Source of the DNA: Eledone cirrhosa
Taxonomy: Eukaryota
Direction of reading: 5' to 3'
Length of the DNA: 64,000 nt
NCBI GenBank assembly: GCA_964016885.1
Contig: OZ024742.1
Span: forward strand, 320,106,001 to 320,170,000
Part shown: positions 31,419 through 44,097 of the stretch, in pieces
How the letters are laid out: each line of letters starts with the position of its first letter
Position numbering within the stretch: the first letter of the stretch is position 1
Made by a program: the position numbers and the translations under genes
Notes under the pieces: generated by a model
What the model was told of the DNA's origin: nothing
The model's database searches: none
Seen by the model: only the letters and a program-made list of their open reading frames with translations

Positions 31419-31993
31419 TATATACACTCACACACACATACATATACAGTATATATAACATCATCATCACCCTCTGACATAAATACATATATCACAATAA
31501 CTCACTACCACACATTCATACTGAGTTACATTCCACCTATTCCTGTCTATTTAAATATATTTTTAAAGAGAAACAATTGTTTGGTAATTTGAAAAGAGAG
31601 AGAGGAACTACTGGGCGGAACGTAGGAACTATTTCTATTTAAGTTGGTCTCAATGGAGTAGATGCAATATATGTAAGTTTGTATGTATGCATGTTTGAAG
31701 GGGCATGGCTTAGTGGTTAGAGAGTTGGATTCGCAATTGTGAGGTTGCGAGTTCTATTCTCAAATAAGGTGATGCGTTGTATCCTTGAGCAAGACACTTT
31801 ATTTCATGTTGCTCCTTCTGCCAGGAGTTGCAACTGGTAGATAACATCAGAAATGGAAAGACCAATGGAAGCTTTGTTACCTTCATCCGATTTGATGAGG
31901 ACCACGCCACTCAGCAAGCGAATGAGATCTGGCATCTTATTGATTGATCAGAGCGAGCGATGTATGTATGTATTTTATATATATGTAAATTAT

Positions 31994-32032
<39 letters not shown>

Positions 32033-32039
32033 CACCCCA

Positions 32040-32475
32040 TCCACACCGCCCCTTTCAATGTACAGTTATGTTGGTCCCACAACATCCAGGCCGAAACAAA
32101 TGAGATCGTGTAGGTGTCACGACAAAAAACACACAGTCCACGCTGTAAATGTGGCCGTGTAGGCAACACGGTAAAAACCTCCCAGCCCCACACTGTAAAT
32201 GTGGTTGGTGTTAGGAAGGGCATCCAGCTGTAGAAAACCCGCCAGACAGTCCACGCTGTAATGTGGCCGTGTAGGCAACACGGTAAAAACCTCCCAGCCC
32301 CACACTGTAAATGTGGTTGGTGTTAGGAAAGGCATCCAACTGTAGAAAACCCGCCAGACAGTCCTATGCGAGCAAGACAACCACTCTTGCCTCAAGTGGG
32401 AAAACCCCCGTCCAAACCCATGCAAGCGTGGAACACGGACGCTAAACCTGATGATGATGATGATGATGATGATGA
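32040..32475 (+). mobile_element. Third-family SINE with an internal tandem duplication of about 115 bp
   Basis: Near-identical to 30600-30912, but the segment acagtccacgctgt...gccagacagtcc occurs twice. Confidence 0.8.
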
Positions 32476-32771
32476 TATATATAGTAATAATAATAAAATT
32501 GAAGACTAAAATCCAAAGAGGGCTCGATAAGGAAAATATATATCAAATATATAAGAACCGAAGAGCAAATATTTATTAATATAACAGATTAAAGTTTAAG
32601 CAAAGAATCGCTGCTTTCACCCTTAACGGGATCTTCTGAAACTAACAAAGTCAATCTGTAAACGCAGAACTGGATATTTCAAAAAACGTTGCAACTGGTG
32701 GAAGACAGGAAGACGATACTTTGGTATATATGTATGTATATATATATATATATATACATACATTTTAATAA

Positions 32772-32890
<119 letters not shown>

Positions 32891-33059
32891 ACTAATACAG
32901 ATTAAAAGTTTAAGCAAAGTATGTCTGCTTTCACCTTTCATAGCAGGATCATCTGACACTGATTTCTCAGTTTCAGATGATTCTGCTTAGGGTGAAAACA
33001 GAAATTCTTTGCTTAAACCTTTAATCTATACTAATAATAAATATTTGATCTATGTACTG

Positions 33060-34015
33060 AAGGAAGGAGACCGATCGGGAGATCTGAAATGGTTCCAAAA
33101 GATGGTCATTAACTTTGATCACTGAGCAGATGCCGCTGTGCATTGCAGCGATCTAACCTCCGAAGATGGGACCGAAGCCAGCTGCCTTGAGGACAGCCTC
33201 CAGGTATCGATGGTCGGCACTATTGAAAGCTTTCAATTGATCTAAATTGATCAGAGCCCCACCAAAGCCAGGTTTACACCCTACCCTCTTTATGATGTAT
33301 CGCATGAGGTGGAGGTTGTCGTGTATGGACTTGGTCGTGATTGTACAAGTTTGTGCCTGCCCTACTAAATCCTTGAGGACAAGCGCAAAGCACCTTCACT
33401 ATTGTTCATTTCCATGACTACCAACTTATCATCTGGGTCCCGTGTTGTTTTCTGATGTTTGGGTATTTGTCTGTGTGTATTTGTTTCAGGAGGGGGAGAT
33501 GGAGAACTTTCCTCATTTTCCCCTAGGATTGGTTTTGTTGTTGTTGCTGTTGGTGGTGGTTCTACTGGTGCTGCTACTGTTGGTGGTGCTGCCAGAGTTG
33601 GTGTTGGTGGAGTTTTCCATCCTAACGCAGGCATTTGCAGCAATGGAGGCTTGCACTTGCCTGCATTTTTGAGCTGAGGGCAGAAGGCTCACAGATGTGT
33701 TGCTTCACCAGAGACAAAGCAGTGTAGCCTTCTGCCCTCAGGGACTCATCCTGAAAGCACACATGATCCGGGATGTTTTTGAATGCGTCTGGTTTGATTT
33801 GGAGAAGAATCTCCAAATCCATCCCAGACCAGTCCTCTGTAGACGTTTCTTTACATCTATGAAAGTACTATTGGTACCCTCGACCACGCACCCCAGGAGC
33901 CACCATAGGTTCAGTCCTGGCGGGATCCTGGGAATGCAGACCTTTACTGACCGTCTCCACATGTGGGAAGGTACATTGCTATGCATTACGTTCTACAGGG
34001 GCCCACTGAGTGCTT
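33060..34015 (-). mobile_element. Older, internally deleted Tx1 remnant (ORF1 piece joined directly to an RT piece), head-to-head with the array
   Basis: Minus strand reads RRSVKVCIPRIPPGLNLWWLL / MDLEILLQ..IPDHV (ORF1 homology), then QAQTC..SIHDNLHLMRYII..INLDQLKAF..DHRYLEAVLKAAGFGP (RT homology). Confidence 0.85.
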
Positions 34016-34418
34016 AATAGAACTTTAAGGGCTGAGTTCAAATACCGCCGAGGTTAGCTTTGCCTTTCATCCTTACGGGGTCAATAAAATAAAGTACCAG
34101 TCACACACTAGGGTCGATTTAATCGAATTTCCCCATCCCCTTCGAATTGCTGGCCTTGTGCCTAAAGTAAAAACAATTATTATTAATATTATTATTGTTA
34201 TTATTATTATTATTATTATTGGCGACCTACGTAGTAAATCGTATCATCGTGAGCTCCGCAAAGGTTTGTTATTTCCGTTTGTTAAAAATTGTCATTTATG
34301 GAAAATTTTATTGTTAACTGTTTATAAGCGCACATACATTGTTTTCCGAAAAAAACACGGGGCCTTGTGCCCAAAATTTAAACTTTTATTATTATCAAAA
34401 AAATAAAAAAAAATAAAA

Positions 34419-34955
34419 ATGGCTAATTCACCTCTGCACGAAGCAGCTGAAAGCCTTCCTCACAAATTAACACCTCACACCGACACCACCATTGTAAATG
34501 TTACTACGTTTGCCAACACAAAAAAAAATATAAGCACTAGCAATATTTTAAATTTGTCTCAGGCAGACATTCATTTCCCGCCATTACCAATGACTGCAGG
34601 TGTTAAAGCCTCCACCACCACCACCACCACCGCGACAACCACCACCACCACCACCACCGCGACAACAGAAACAAAAGAAGAAAAAAATAAATTAACTCGT
34701 GATGTCGAAATGAAATCAAGCAAAATGGACTCTTCCCCACCAAAGACGACTGACGTCACCACCACCACAACTGAAACTAAAATTAATATTAACGATAGCA
34801 ACAACAACAACAATGACATTATAACCCCCCCCCCCCTCAGTTTCGCCAGAGTAGCAAAACAGTTCGAAGCATTTACGGTAACTCAGGAGGATTTAGAAAA
34901 TGCCAAACAAATGGTAAAGAAAGATGGGTACAGGGTCAGCCCCCCCCCCACCTAA
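34419..34955 (+). CDS. Copy A upstream ORF (ORF0/ORF1a), Thr-rich, 178 aa
   Basis: Open from ATG 34419. Its C-terminal part SFARVAK..F.VTQE.L..AK.MVKKDGYRV is conserved in copy C (42134-42648). Ends in TAATAA. Confidence 0.6.
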   Translation: MANSPLHEAAESLPHKLTPHTDTTIVNVTTFANTKKNISTSNILNLSQADIHFPPLPMTAGVKASTTTTTTATTTTTTTTATTETKEEKNKLTRDVEMKSSKMDSSPPKTTDVTTTTTETKININDSNNNNNDIITPPPLSFARVAKQFEAFTVTQEDLENAKQMVKKDGYRVSPPPT

Positions 34956-34959
34956 TAAA

Positions 34960-36397
34960 ATGGAGCATCGGCGCCTATGCACCGTGTCGTACAGAACAAT
35001 AAATGTAAAATCGCGCCGAGTGGAACGGGCATCCGAGTCCCAAATCCAAAAAGCTTTGGGACATGTGTGGGCAAGAAAAACCCACATCAGACGTGGGCAA
35101 AAGTATGGAACCGTGGACGTGTTCTTTGAAACACCAGAGGAGGCTAGAGAACACTCCATGGCCCCATTAAGAAGTGACGACTTCACACTCGTCCCAAGCT
35201 ATTGTGGCCAGAGACTCGTAAAGATCAGGGTGACCCACGTTCCACCGGCCATCGAAATTCCCTGGCTAATAGCGGCTGTCCTCGCCGGCATCGAAGCCAA
35301 CACGAAAATAATAGCAGTAGCAAAAGAAAAGCAGGAGAACTGGTCCGGATCTGGGATGGAGCTCCTGATCCAAGCGGACCAAAAAAGCATTGAGGAGATC
35401 CCAGAGGTAATAGACCTCACTGACGGCAGCCACCTCACGGTAATTGTCGAGGGCAGAAGACCTAGGTGTGTCGTTTGTGGTGAAGGAACCCACCTAAGGG
35501 CTTTCTGCCCTCAGGCTAAAAGGTTGAGGCCACCTCTCCTACCCACCCCAGTGACACAACCATCAACACCAGCAGTAGCAGAGATGGCAGCAACAACTGT
35601 AGCAGCAACAACAGAAGCAACTATAACAGCAACAACCCCAGCAACAGTAGCAAAACCAACACCACCACCACCACCAGCAAAACCAACACCACCACCACCC
35701 AACGCTTCAGAACTAGCACCAGCGCCTACACCATCCACCACGCCACAACCAAAACTAACGGCTGTGGAGGATTTTCCACTCCCCGGCCTATCACAACTGG
35801 AGACAGATTGTGACGACGAGGAAACGATATCCGGAAAAAAAAAAGAAACCAAAAAAGAAAAAAATTCTCTTCCTTCCCCCTCCAAAAACAAAATACAGAG
35901 GGAAACAAATAAATTAAGAAACAAAAAAGTTAGGACAGATATGCCACCATCCACACCAGCATCACCAACCCCATCAACCCAAAGACCAACACCATCACCA
36001 TCATTAACCCCAACACCACCATCACCTACACCACAAAAGTCACCAAAATGCGAAACAGAAACAAACCCACAACAAACGCAAACAAAACAACCAAAACGAT
36101 ACACACTACACAGCATTACATTTGAACAACAAGCAATTATTACACTACATCCAACACAACACCAGCATCACAGAAAAAGACTACACAACAACCCTAAAAT
36201 TCACACCACCTCCACACATACAAATCACTCGCATCACACAGAAAACGTACATGACACTAAAACAAAAATTCCCCAAAGACATCGGAGACTTCCGACAAGC
36301 ACTCTCCAGGAGGATTTATAAGGACATCCTTCCTGAGGAGGCCACAAGCAGTGAAAAGGATGGATGAACCGTCCTTCCCCTACGAGAAGTAAGGTAA
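34960..36397 (+). CDS. Copy A ORF1 (RRM-like region, CCHC zinc knuckle, Pro/Thr-rich linker); frameshift near 36090 and a late stop
   Basis: MEHRRLCTVSY...; CVVCGEGTHLRAFC knuckle. The C-terminal domain continues in another frame and matches the copy C ORF 43461-44063. Confidence 0.85.
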
Positions 36398-36431
36398 GTG
36401 GTCTTTCCCATCTTTTCCACTCCTTTTCAAC

Positions 36432-39400
36432 ATGACCTCACTCAGAATAGGCAGCATAAATGCGCGTGGCTTGGGGTCGTCATGGAAGCAGGGCCACCTG
36501 CTCAACGACCTCAGGTCACTAAACATAGATGTAGTGGCCATCAGCGAGACCAGAATCTCCGAAGCACAGGCTTTCGCACCGATCTTCGGCGGCTACGATG
36601 TGTACGCATCTCCCAGCCGTCCGGGATCGGGGGGAGGAGTTGCTGTGCTTTTTCGGAGAGGTTTGGATCTTGCCATACGAGCCATCTTCCTGGATCCAGA
36701 AGGTAAGTTGGTGGTGCTGGACGTGACCAGCGGAGACGGCCAAGCTTTCAGGTTAGTGGCCGTCTATGCCCCGACAGGAGCAGGGCGGCCTGATTTCTTC
36801 CGGCGTCTGGAGAACTTTCTTGGAACGTCCCGCTCTTTAGTGTTAGTGGGCGACTGGAACGGGATCTTAGATGCACGCTGGGGTTGTGTGGGATTAGTGG
36901 ATAGGGAAGGAGGGTGCAAGAGTCTCACCAACCTGCTCAGACGTTTTGAACTGTCTGACAGGTACCGAATGGATTTCCCGAATGTACCAATGTGGACTTG
37001 GACAAATCGCGTAGGGTCATCCAGATCATATCTAGATAGAGTATTTTGTAGGGAAATAGATAGGTCTAGCATAGGCTGTCCACAATTCAAGATAGTCAGC
37101 TACACGAACCAAAAATTCGTGATCTGTGTGCTTGACTTAGATAGGCTTCATAGACGAGGACCCGGCTACTGGAAGCTAAACGCGTCCTTACCAGCGCGCA
37201 AGGCCTACAGAGACCGTATTAGCGAACTAGTTAAGCGGGCGTTGACGGGGGCCATCGTCAACAACAACTGGTGGTTTGCTCTGAAAAGAGCAATTAGAAT
37301 AGAGTCCATTAGGTTTAGTAAGACTTTAGCAATAGAGAAAAATAGAGCAGAGGGAGAATTAGTTAGAAAATTAGATGAGCCGCTTAGCAAAGGCATCGCG
37401 ACCGACGTACTTGCGGCGAAATTGGCCCTTGACCAATTCTTCAATGCAAAGCACGAAGGCTGCGTTGTCAGAGCTAGGGTGCGTGCTCTCAGACACGAGG
37501 GGACGAAAGCCGTTCAATGGGCCCGAGTGGCGGAGGCGCGTCGTGGCAACAAAGCCACGATCCGGTCTTTGGTGGACCACGACGGGCGCATGCTACTCGA
37601 TCCCGGGCAAATGTGTGAAGCTTTTCAGCGACACTTCGCTCAACTGTTCGGGGGCAGTGGCGGGCCGGATCGAGGGATGGACTTTAGTGTCTACCTCGAC
37701 GGACTGCCGCGGCTTTCGGCCACTGAGGCGGAGTGTTGCGAAAAGCCGATAACAACCGCTGAAGTACGGGATGCAATGACTAATTGCACAAGGGGTAAAT
37801 CGCCTGGTTTGGATGGTCTGCCCTATGAACTTTACGTACAAATGCCAAACTTGTTCGGAGGCCTCTTGGCGGACGTCTACTGCAACTGGCAACAGAACCG
37901 GAGAATTCCCAGCTCTGTGAGCCGAGGAGCGGTGGCGCTGCTGAGAAAGGATCCGAATAAGGGGGATAACATAGATAATTTTAGGCCCATAACTCTGCTA
38001 AACACAGAGTTCAAGATTTTGGCCAAGGTGCTAGCAAAGAGGTTGGCGCTTGTCGTTGGTGGTCTGGTGGGAGAGGCACAGACATGCGCCATTCCCGACA
38101 GATCCATCCACGACAACCTCCACCTCATGCGATACATCGTAGAGAGGGTAGCTAGGGAACCTGGCACGGGTGGGTCTTTGATCAATTTAGATCAGTCGAA
38201 AGCCTTCGATAGGGTCGACCATCGTTACCTAGCGGCAGTCCTGAGGGCGGCTGGCTTTGGGCCCGTCTTCAGAGGCTGGATCGCTGCCATGCACAGCGAC
38301 ATCTGCTCTGTAGTGAGAGTGAACGGTCACCTTTCGGAACCGTTCAACATCATGCGCTCGGTCCCCAAGGATGTCCCCTCTCGTCCCTATTGTACGTATT
38401 GACTCTCGAGCCATTACTGCACAAACTGGAGACGTTGAGGGGGGTCCCGCGCGAACTAGGATGCGGAAGATCCGTGTCAGCATATGCCGACGATGTCACC
38501 GTAGTGGTGTCGAACGCCAAACACATCGAGGCGATCGGCACTACACTAAGAGAATACGAAGCGGTGACAGGAGCAATGATCAACCAGGAAAAGTCATTGG
38601 GCCTGCAGCTCGGCACCTGGAGAGGCAGGTCCATGCCGTCCAACAGCGTCGTCGGGCGCTGGACGGACGAACCGGTTAAATTGCTAGGGGTCAGGTTCGG
38701 TCCGGACCTCCAGACGGACAAAAACTGGGACGAGGTGACGAGCAGGGTGGCTTCTCTCACCCAGAAATGGACCGAGAGGAAGCTATTCCTGAAAGGTCGA
38801 GCGGAGGTGGCGAATGCGTACATCGCATCCGTCATCTACTACCGCCTGACCGTCGTACCTTGTCCTAAGCCCCGCCTGACTGCGCTGGAGCGTTTGCTCT
38901 TTCGCTTCTTGTGGAAGGGACGCGCTCCGATGGTCAGGCGGTCCATCTGCTGTCAACATCCGCTACGTGGAGGGCTGGGCATGCCGTGGCTGATGATGCG
39001 CAGGCACGCGCTCAGGCTACGACATCTCCACCTCTTCCTCGACGGTGATCAGGTGTGGTCGCCGTTTGCTAGACACGTTTTTTCCCCAGCTCGTCTCCTT
39101 GACGGAGCTGCAGTCCTGGGTCAAGCGAAGACCAAAAGGGAGCGCTTGGAGACTGGAATGTCTTCAGGCGCTCACAGCCCTCGACCAATCGGGCAATGTG
39201 ATCGGTGGAAACTCCACCTTGGCGTTCTATAGGGGATTAGTGGAGGGGAAGAGCGACGACGTACTTGGAGAAACTCTAGGCGTCGACGAAAATCAACTAG
39301 CCAATCTCTTCGGAAGGACTTTCGGGCCGGGGCCTATGGACAACTTCCAGAAATCCCTGGCCTGGCAGTGCTACCGGGGTGCTTTGCCAGTTCGGGATAA

Positions 39401-39851
39401 ACTTTACAGGCATGGAGGTGCCGTCAGCCGGGCATGTCCGAGATGCGCGCAGGGCGACGAAACCGTCCTGCACGCACTCGTCCAGTGTCCGAGCATTGCT
39501 GACTTGTGGGTTTATGTCGAACACCTGCTGTCACGTGTAGGACGGATCCAGCTATCAGCTGAGTCCATCGTGAGGATTGCCCCGCCTCCTTCCTTTAGCC
39601 GGGAAGGGCAGGAAGTTTTTATCTGTCTGGTGGCCATGGAGAAAGGGATAGTATGGTGGACACGTTTGAAAGGGCTGAAGACGAGCACTTACCTCTTCGG
39701 TGATGCCCTGATTAACTTTTTCAAATTTCATTTGAAAAGGAAAATCAGGGTAGAGAGGGAAGTGCTCTCTTCCCAGCATTTTGTTGAAAGATGGGTGAGA
39801 GAAGCAAGTATGGCCCGAATGAATGGGCCTTCTCTGAGTATGTGTCTGTAA
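36432..39851 (+). CDS. Copy A ORF2 (APE endonuclease + reverse transcriptase); frameshifts near 38365 and 39080
   Basis: MTSLRIGSINARGL, SET, YAP, GDWN, SYLDR, PGYWKLN, KSPGLDG, FRPITLLN, LDQSKAFDRVDH, YADD, CPRC..DETVLHALVQC. Confidence 0.93.
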
Positions 39852-40094
39852 ATTAAAGGTGGAAAACTGGGAGAGGGCACTTGCCCTGGTGGTCAGGGCC
39901 ACTGTGGTCTTTTAATGGGCTTTCTCCACAAATGTCCCTCGGAAGTCTCCCCCCTATTGGGGAATTTTTCTTTGTTATTTTATTTCATCCGCTGTTTTTT
40001 TTACACGCAGAAATGCCCATTTGTACCGTCCTGTATTGTCCTGTACTGTCCTTAATGTCTACTTTATGTAAACCCTTGTGGTTAATAAAGAAAA

Positions 40095-40146
<52 letters not shown>

Positions 40147-40147
<1 letters not shown>

Positions 40148-41874
40148 TCTCTCTTCCCTTCTGTACGTATTGACTCTCGAGCCTTTACTGCGGAAGCTGG
40201 AGCTGTTGCAGGGCATCCCGCTCGAACCGGAACGTGGAAAGGTGGTGTCGGCTTATGCGGACGACATCACCGTGATGGTGTCGAACACCTCAGAAATCGA
40301 GGTGGTCGGCACCTTATTGAAGGAATATGAAAGGTTGACAGGAGCCAAACTTAACCCTGGAGAGGCAAGCCCATGCCGTCCAACAGCGTCGTGGGGCGCT
40401 GGACGGATGGACCAGTAAAGTTGCTCGGGGTTTGGTTCGGACCAGACCTCCAGGTGGAAAAGAATTGGGACGAGGTAACGAGCAGAGTAGCCAGTCTCAC
40501 CCAAAAATGGGCTGGGAGGAAGCTATCACTGAAAGGTTGCGCGGAGGTGGCGAATGCGTACATCACGTCCGTCATCGACTACCGCCTGACCGTCGTGCCT
40601 TGCCCCCGTCCGCGCCTCGTCAAGTTGGAACGGCTCCTCTTCAAATTCTTGTGGAGGGGACAAGTTCCGTTGGTGAGGCGGTTCATCTGCTGCCAGCACC
40701 CTCTACGCGGAGGGCTGGGCATGCCGTGGGTAATGATGTGCAGACATGAGTTGAGGCTGCGACATATCCAGATATTCTGCCTCAACGGTGAACAGGTGTG
40801 GTCGCCGTTTATCAGACGGGCCTTTCCGCAGCTCATTTATTTGACTGAGCTGCAGTCCTGGGTCAAGAAGAGACCGAGACTGGGTGACTGGGACCTGGAA
40901 TGTTGCCAAGCACTCACTGCCCTCTACCAAGCGGGCAATGCGATCAGTGTAACTTCCACTCTCGTGTTCTATAGAGGATTAGTGGTGGGCCAGTGCGATG
41001 ACGCACACGGAGAAACTTTGGGCCTTGACGAAGTCGAACTGACCAGTCTGTACCGGAGGACTTTCGAGCCGGGGACGATGGACAATTTCCAGAAATCCCT
41101 CGCTTGGCAGTGCTACCGGAGGGCACTGCCGGTTCGGGATAAACTCTACAGGCACGGAAGTGCTGTCAGACGGACCTGCCCAAGATGCGCACAGAACGAC
41201 GAAACCGTTCTGCACGCACTTGTCCAATGTCCGTGCATTACTGACTTGTGGAGTTATGTCGAACAGCTACTGTCGCGTATGGAAAGAATCCGGCTATCGG
41301 CCGAGTCCATAATGAAGATCGACCCGCCGCCTTCCTTAGGTCAGGAAGAGCAGGAAATTTTCCTCTGTCTGGTGGCAGTTGCAAAAGAGGTTATATGGTG
41401 GACCAGGTTAAAAGGACTGAAGACAGACACTTTTCTCTTCGGCCAATCCCTCATCAACTTCTTCAAGTTTCACCTGGAAAGGAAGGTGAGGGTGGAGAGA
41501 GAAGTGCTGCCTCCCAGTACATTTGCTAAAAGGTGGATGAATGTGGCGAGAATGGCTCGTGTGAATGGGCCTACTCTGACCATGCGCCTATAGGCTAGCT
41601 AACTTGAGGAGAAGGGGTGCTATCCCTGGGTGCCCTGGAAGCGCAGGGTAGTTCAGGATTGGTGGGATACCCGAGAAATCCCCAGGGTCGTCCACCCCCT
41701 ATCGGGGAATTTATTTTGTTATATTTATGCATAGTTTATTTTATATTTTTATATCTTCATTGTTAAATTAGTCTTGCCATTGTGCACTTTTACTCGACCT
41801 TATTGTAAACCCCCACTGTCCCTGTCTTTGTATTGTCCCCTACATGTCGGCCCTTGTGGCTAATAAATGAAATC
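40147..41874 (+). mobile_element. 5'-truncated Tx1 element of a sister subfamily (copy B), between (ATT)n tracts
   Basis: Begins at the RT motif (P)LSSLLYVLTLEP, contains YADD, ORF runs to 41593. The protein is clearly homologous to but diverged from copies A and C. It has a different 3'UTR ending cccttgtggctaataaatgaaatc(ATT)n. Confidence 0.92.
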
Positions 41875-42652
41875 ATTATTATTATTATTATTAATATTAT
41901 TATTATTATTATTGGCGACCTACGTAGTAAATCGTATTGTCGTGAGCTCCGCAAAGGTTTGTTATTTTCAGTTGTTTAAAATTGCCATTTATGGAAAAAT
42001 TTTATTGTTAACTGTATATAAGTGCACATACATTGTTTTCTGAAAAGAACACTAAAAAAGATTGGGGCCTTGAGCCCAAAATTTAAACTTTTATAATTAT
42101 CAAAAAAAAAAAAAAAAATTTCTTTGAAAAATCATGGCCGACTCACAGCTGAACCCAGTAGCTAAGAGCCTTCCTCACAAACTAACACCTCACACCGACA
42201 CCACCATTGTAAATATTACTAGGTTTGCCAACACTAAAAATATAAGCAGTAGCAATATTTTAAATTTGTCTCAGGCATACATTCATTTCCTGCCATTACC
42301 AGTGACTGCAGGTGTTGAAGCCGCCACACCCACACCACCACAGCGACAACAGAAACAAAAGAAAAAAATAAATTATCTCGTGATATCGAAACGAATTCAG
42401 CCAAAATGAACTCTTCCACACCGAACACCACTAACGCCACCACCACCACAACTGAAACTAAAATTAACAATAACAAAAATAACGATAACAACAACAGCAA
42501 CAATAAGAATAAGAAAACCCTGTCTTTTGCCAGAGTAGCAAAAAAGTGCGAAGCATTCCAGGTAACTCAGGAGGAATTAAAAGAAGCCAAGAAAATGGTA
42601 AAGAAAGATGGGTACAGGGTAAGCCTCACCCCCACCCCTCCCACCTAATAAA

Positions 42653-44063
42653 ATGGAGCATCGGCGCCTATGCACCGTGTCTTATCGGACGATTAACATA
42701 AAATCGCGCCGAGTGGAACGGGCAACCGAGTCCCAAATCCAAAAAGCTTTGGGACATGTGTGGGCAAAAAAACCCCACATCAGACGTGGGCAGAAACATG
42801 GAACCGTGGACGTGTTCTTTGAAACACCGCAGGAGGCCAGAGAACACTCCATGGTCCCATTAAGAAGTGACGACTTCACACTCGTCCCAAGCTACTGTGG
42901 CCAGAGACGCGTGAAGATCAGGGTGACCCACGTTCCACCAGCCATCGAAATTCCCTGGCTAATGGCTGCCGTCCTCGCTGGCATCGAAGCCAACACCAAG
43001 ATAATCGAAATAGCGAAAGAAAAGAAGGAGAACTGGTCCGGATCTGGGATGGAGCTCCTGATCCAAGCGGACCAAAAAAGCATTGAGGAGATCCCAGAGG
43101 TAATAGACCTCACTGACGACAGCCACCTCACCGTAATCGTCGAGGGCAGAAGGCCTAGGTGTGTCGTTTGTGGGGAAGGAACCCACCTAAGGGCTTTCTG
43201 CCCTCAGACTAAAAGGTTGAGGCCACCTCTCTTACCCACCCCAGTGACTCAACCATCAACACCACCAGCAGCAGAAATGGCAGCAACAACAGAAGCAACT
43301 GTAACAGCAACAACCCCAGCAACAGTAGCAAAACCAACACCACCACCACCCAACGCGCCAGAACTAGCACCAGCGCCTACACCATCCACCACGCCACAAC
43401 CAAAACCAACGCCTGTGGAGGATTTTCCATTCCCCGACCTATCGCAACTGGAGACAGATTGTGACGACGAGGAGTGGGAAACGGTATCAGAAAAAAAAAA
43501 AAAAAAGAAACCAAAAAAGAATAAATCCCCTTCCTTCCCTCTCCAAAAACAAAATACAGAGAGAAACAAATAAACTATCAAACAAAAAAGTTAGGACAGC
43601 TATGCCACCATCCACACCAGCATCACCAACCCCATCACCACAAATACCAACACCATCACCATCATTAACCCCAACACCACCATCACCAACACCACAAAAG
43701 TCACCAAAAAGCGAAACAGAAACAAACCCACAACAAACGCAAGCAAAACAAAACAACCAAAACGATACACACTACACAGCAATAAATTTTAACAACAACC
43801 AATTATTACACTACATCCAACACAACACCAGCATCACAGAAAAAGACTACACAACAACCCAAAAGTTCACACGACCTCCACACATACAAATCACTCGCAT
43901 CACACAGAAAACGTACACGACACTAAAACAAAAATTCCCCAAAGACATCGGAGACTTCCGACAAGCACTCTCCAGGAGGATTTATAAGGACATCCTTCCG
44001 GAGGAGGCCACAAGTAGTGAAAAGGATGGAGAAACCATCCTTCCTCTACGAGAAGTAAGGTAA
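42653..44063 (+). CDS. Copy C ORF1 (CCHC knuckle); one frameshift in the poly-A region near 43500
   Basis: ORFs 42653-43573 and 43461-44063 join across an A-run; near-identical to copy A ORF1. Confidence 0.87.
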
Positions 44064-44097
44064 GTGGTCTTTCCCATCTTTTCCACTACATTTCAAA

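Larger units (their letters stand above)
34221..40095 (+). mobile_element. Full-length Tx1/L1-clade non-LTR retrotransposon, copy A (about 5.9 kb), flanked by (ATT)n
   Basis: Starts GGCGACCTACGTAG directly after (ATT)n. Has ORF1 with a CCHC knuckle and ORF2 with APE endonuclease, RT (YADD) and a C-terminal Cys/His motif. 3'UTR has AATAAA followed by (ATT)n. Highly similar to copy C. Confidence 0.95.

Noticed and set aside
31705-31775. tRNA gene-like A/B boxes
   Set aside because: Continues into the SINE core with no full cloverleaf; a SINE head, not a tRNA gene.
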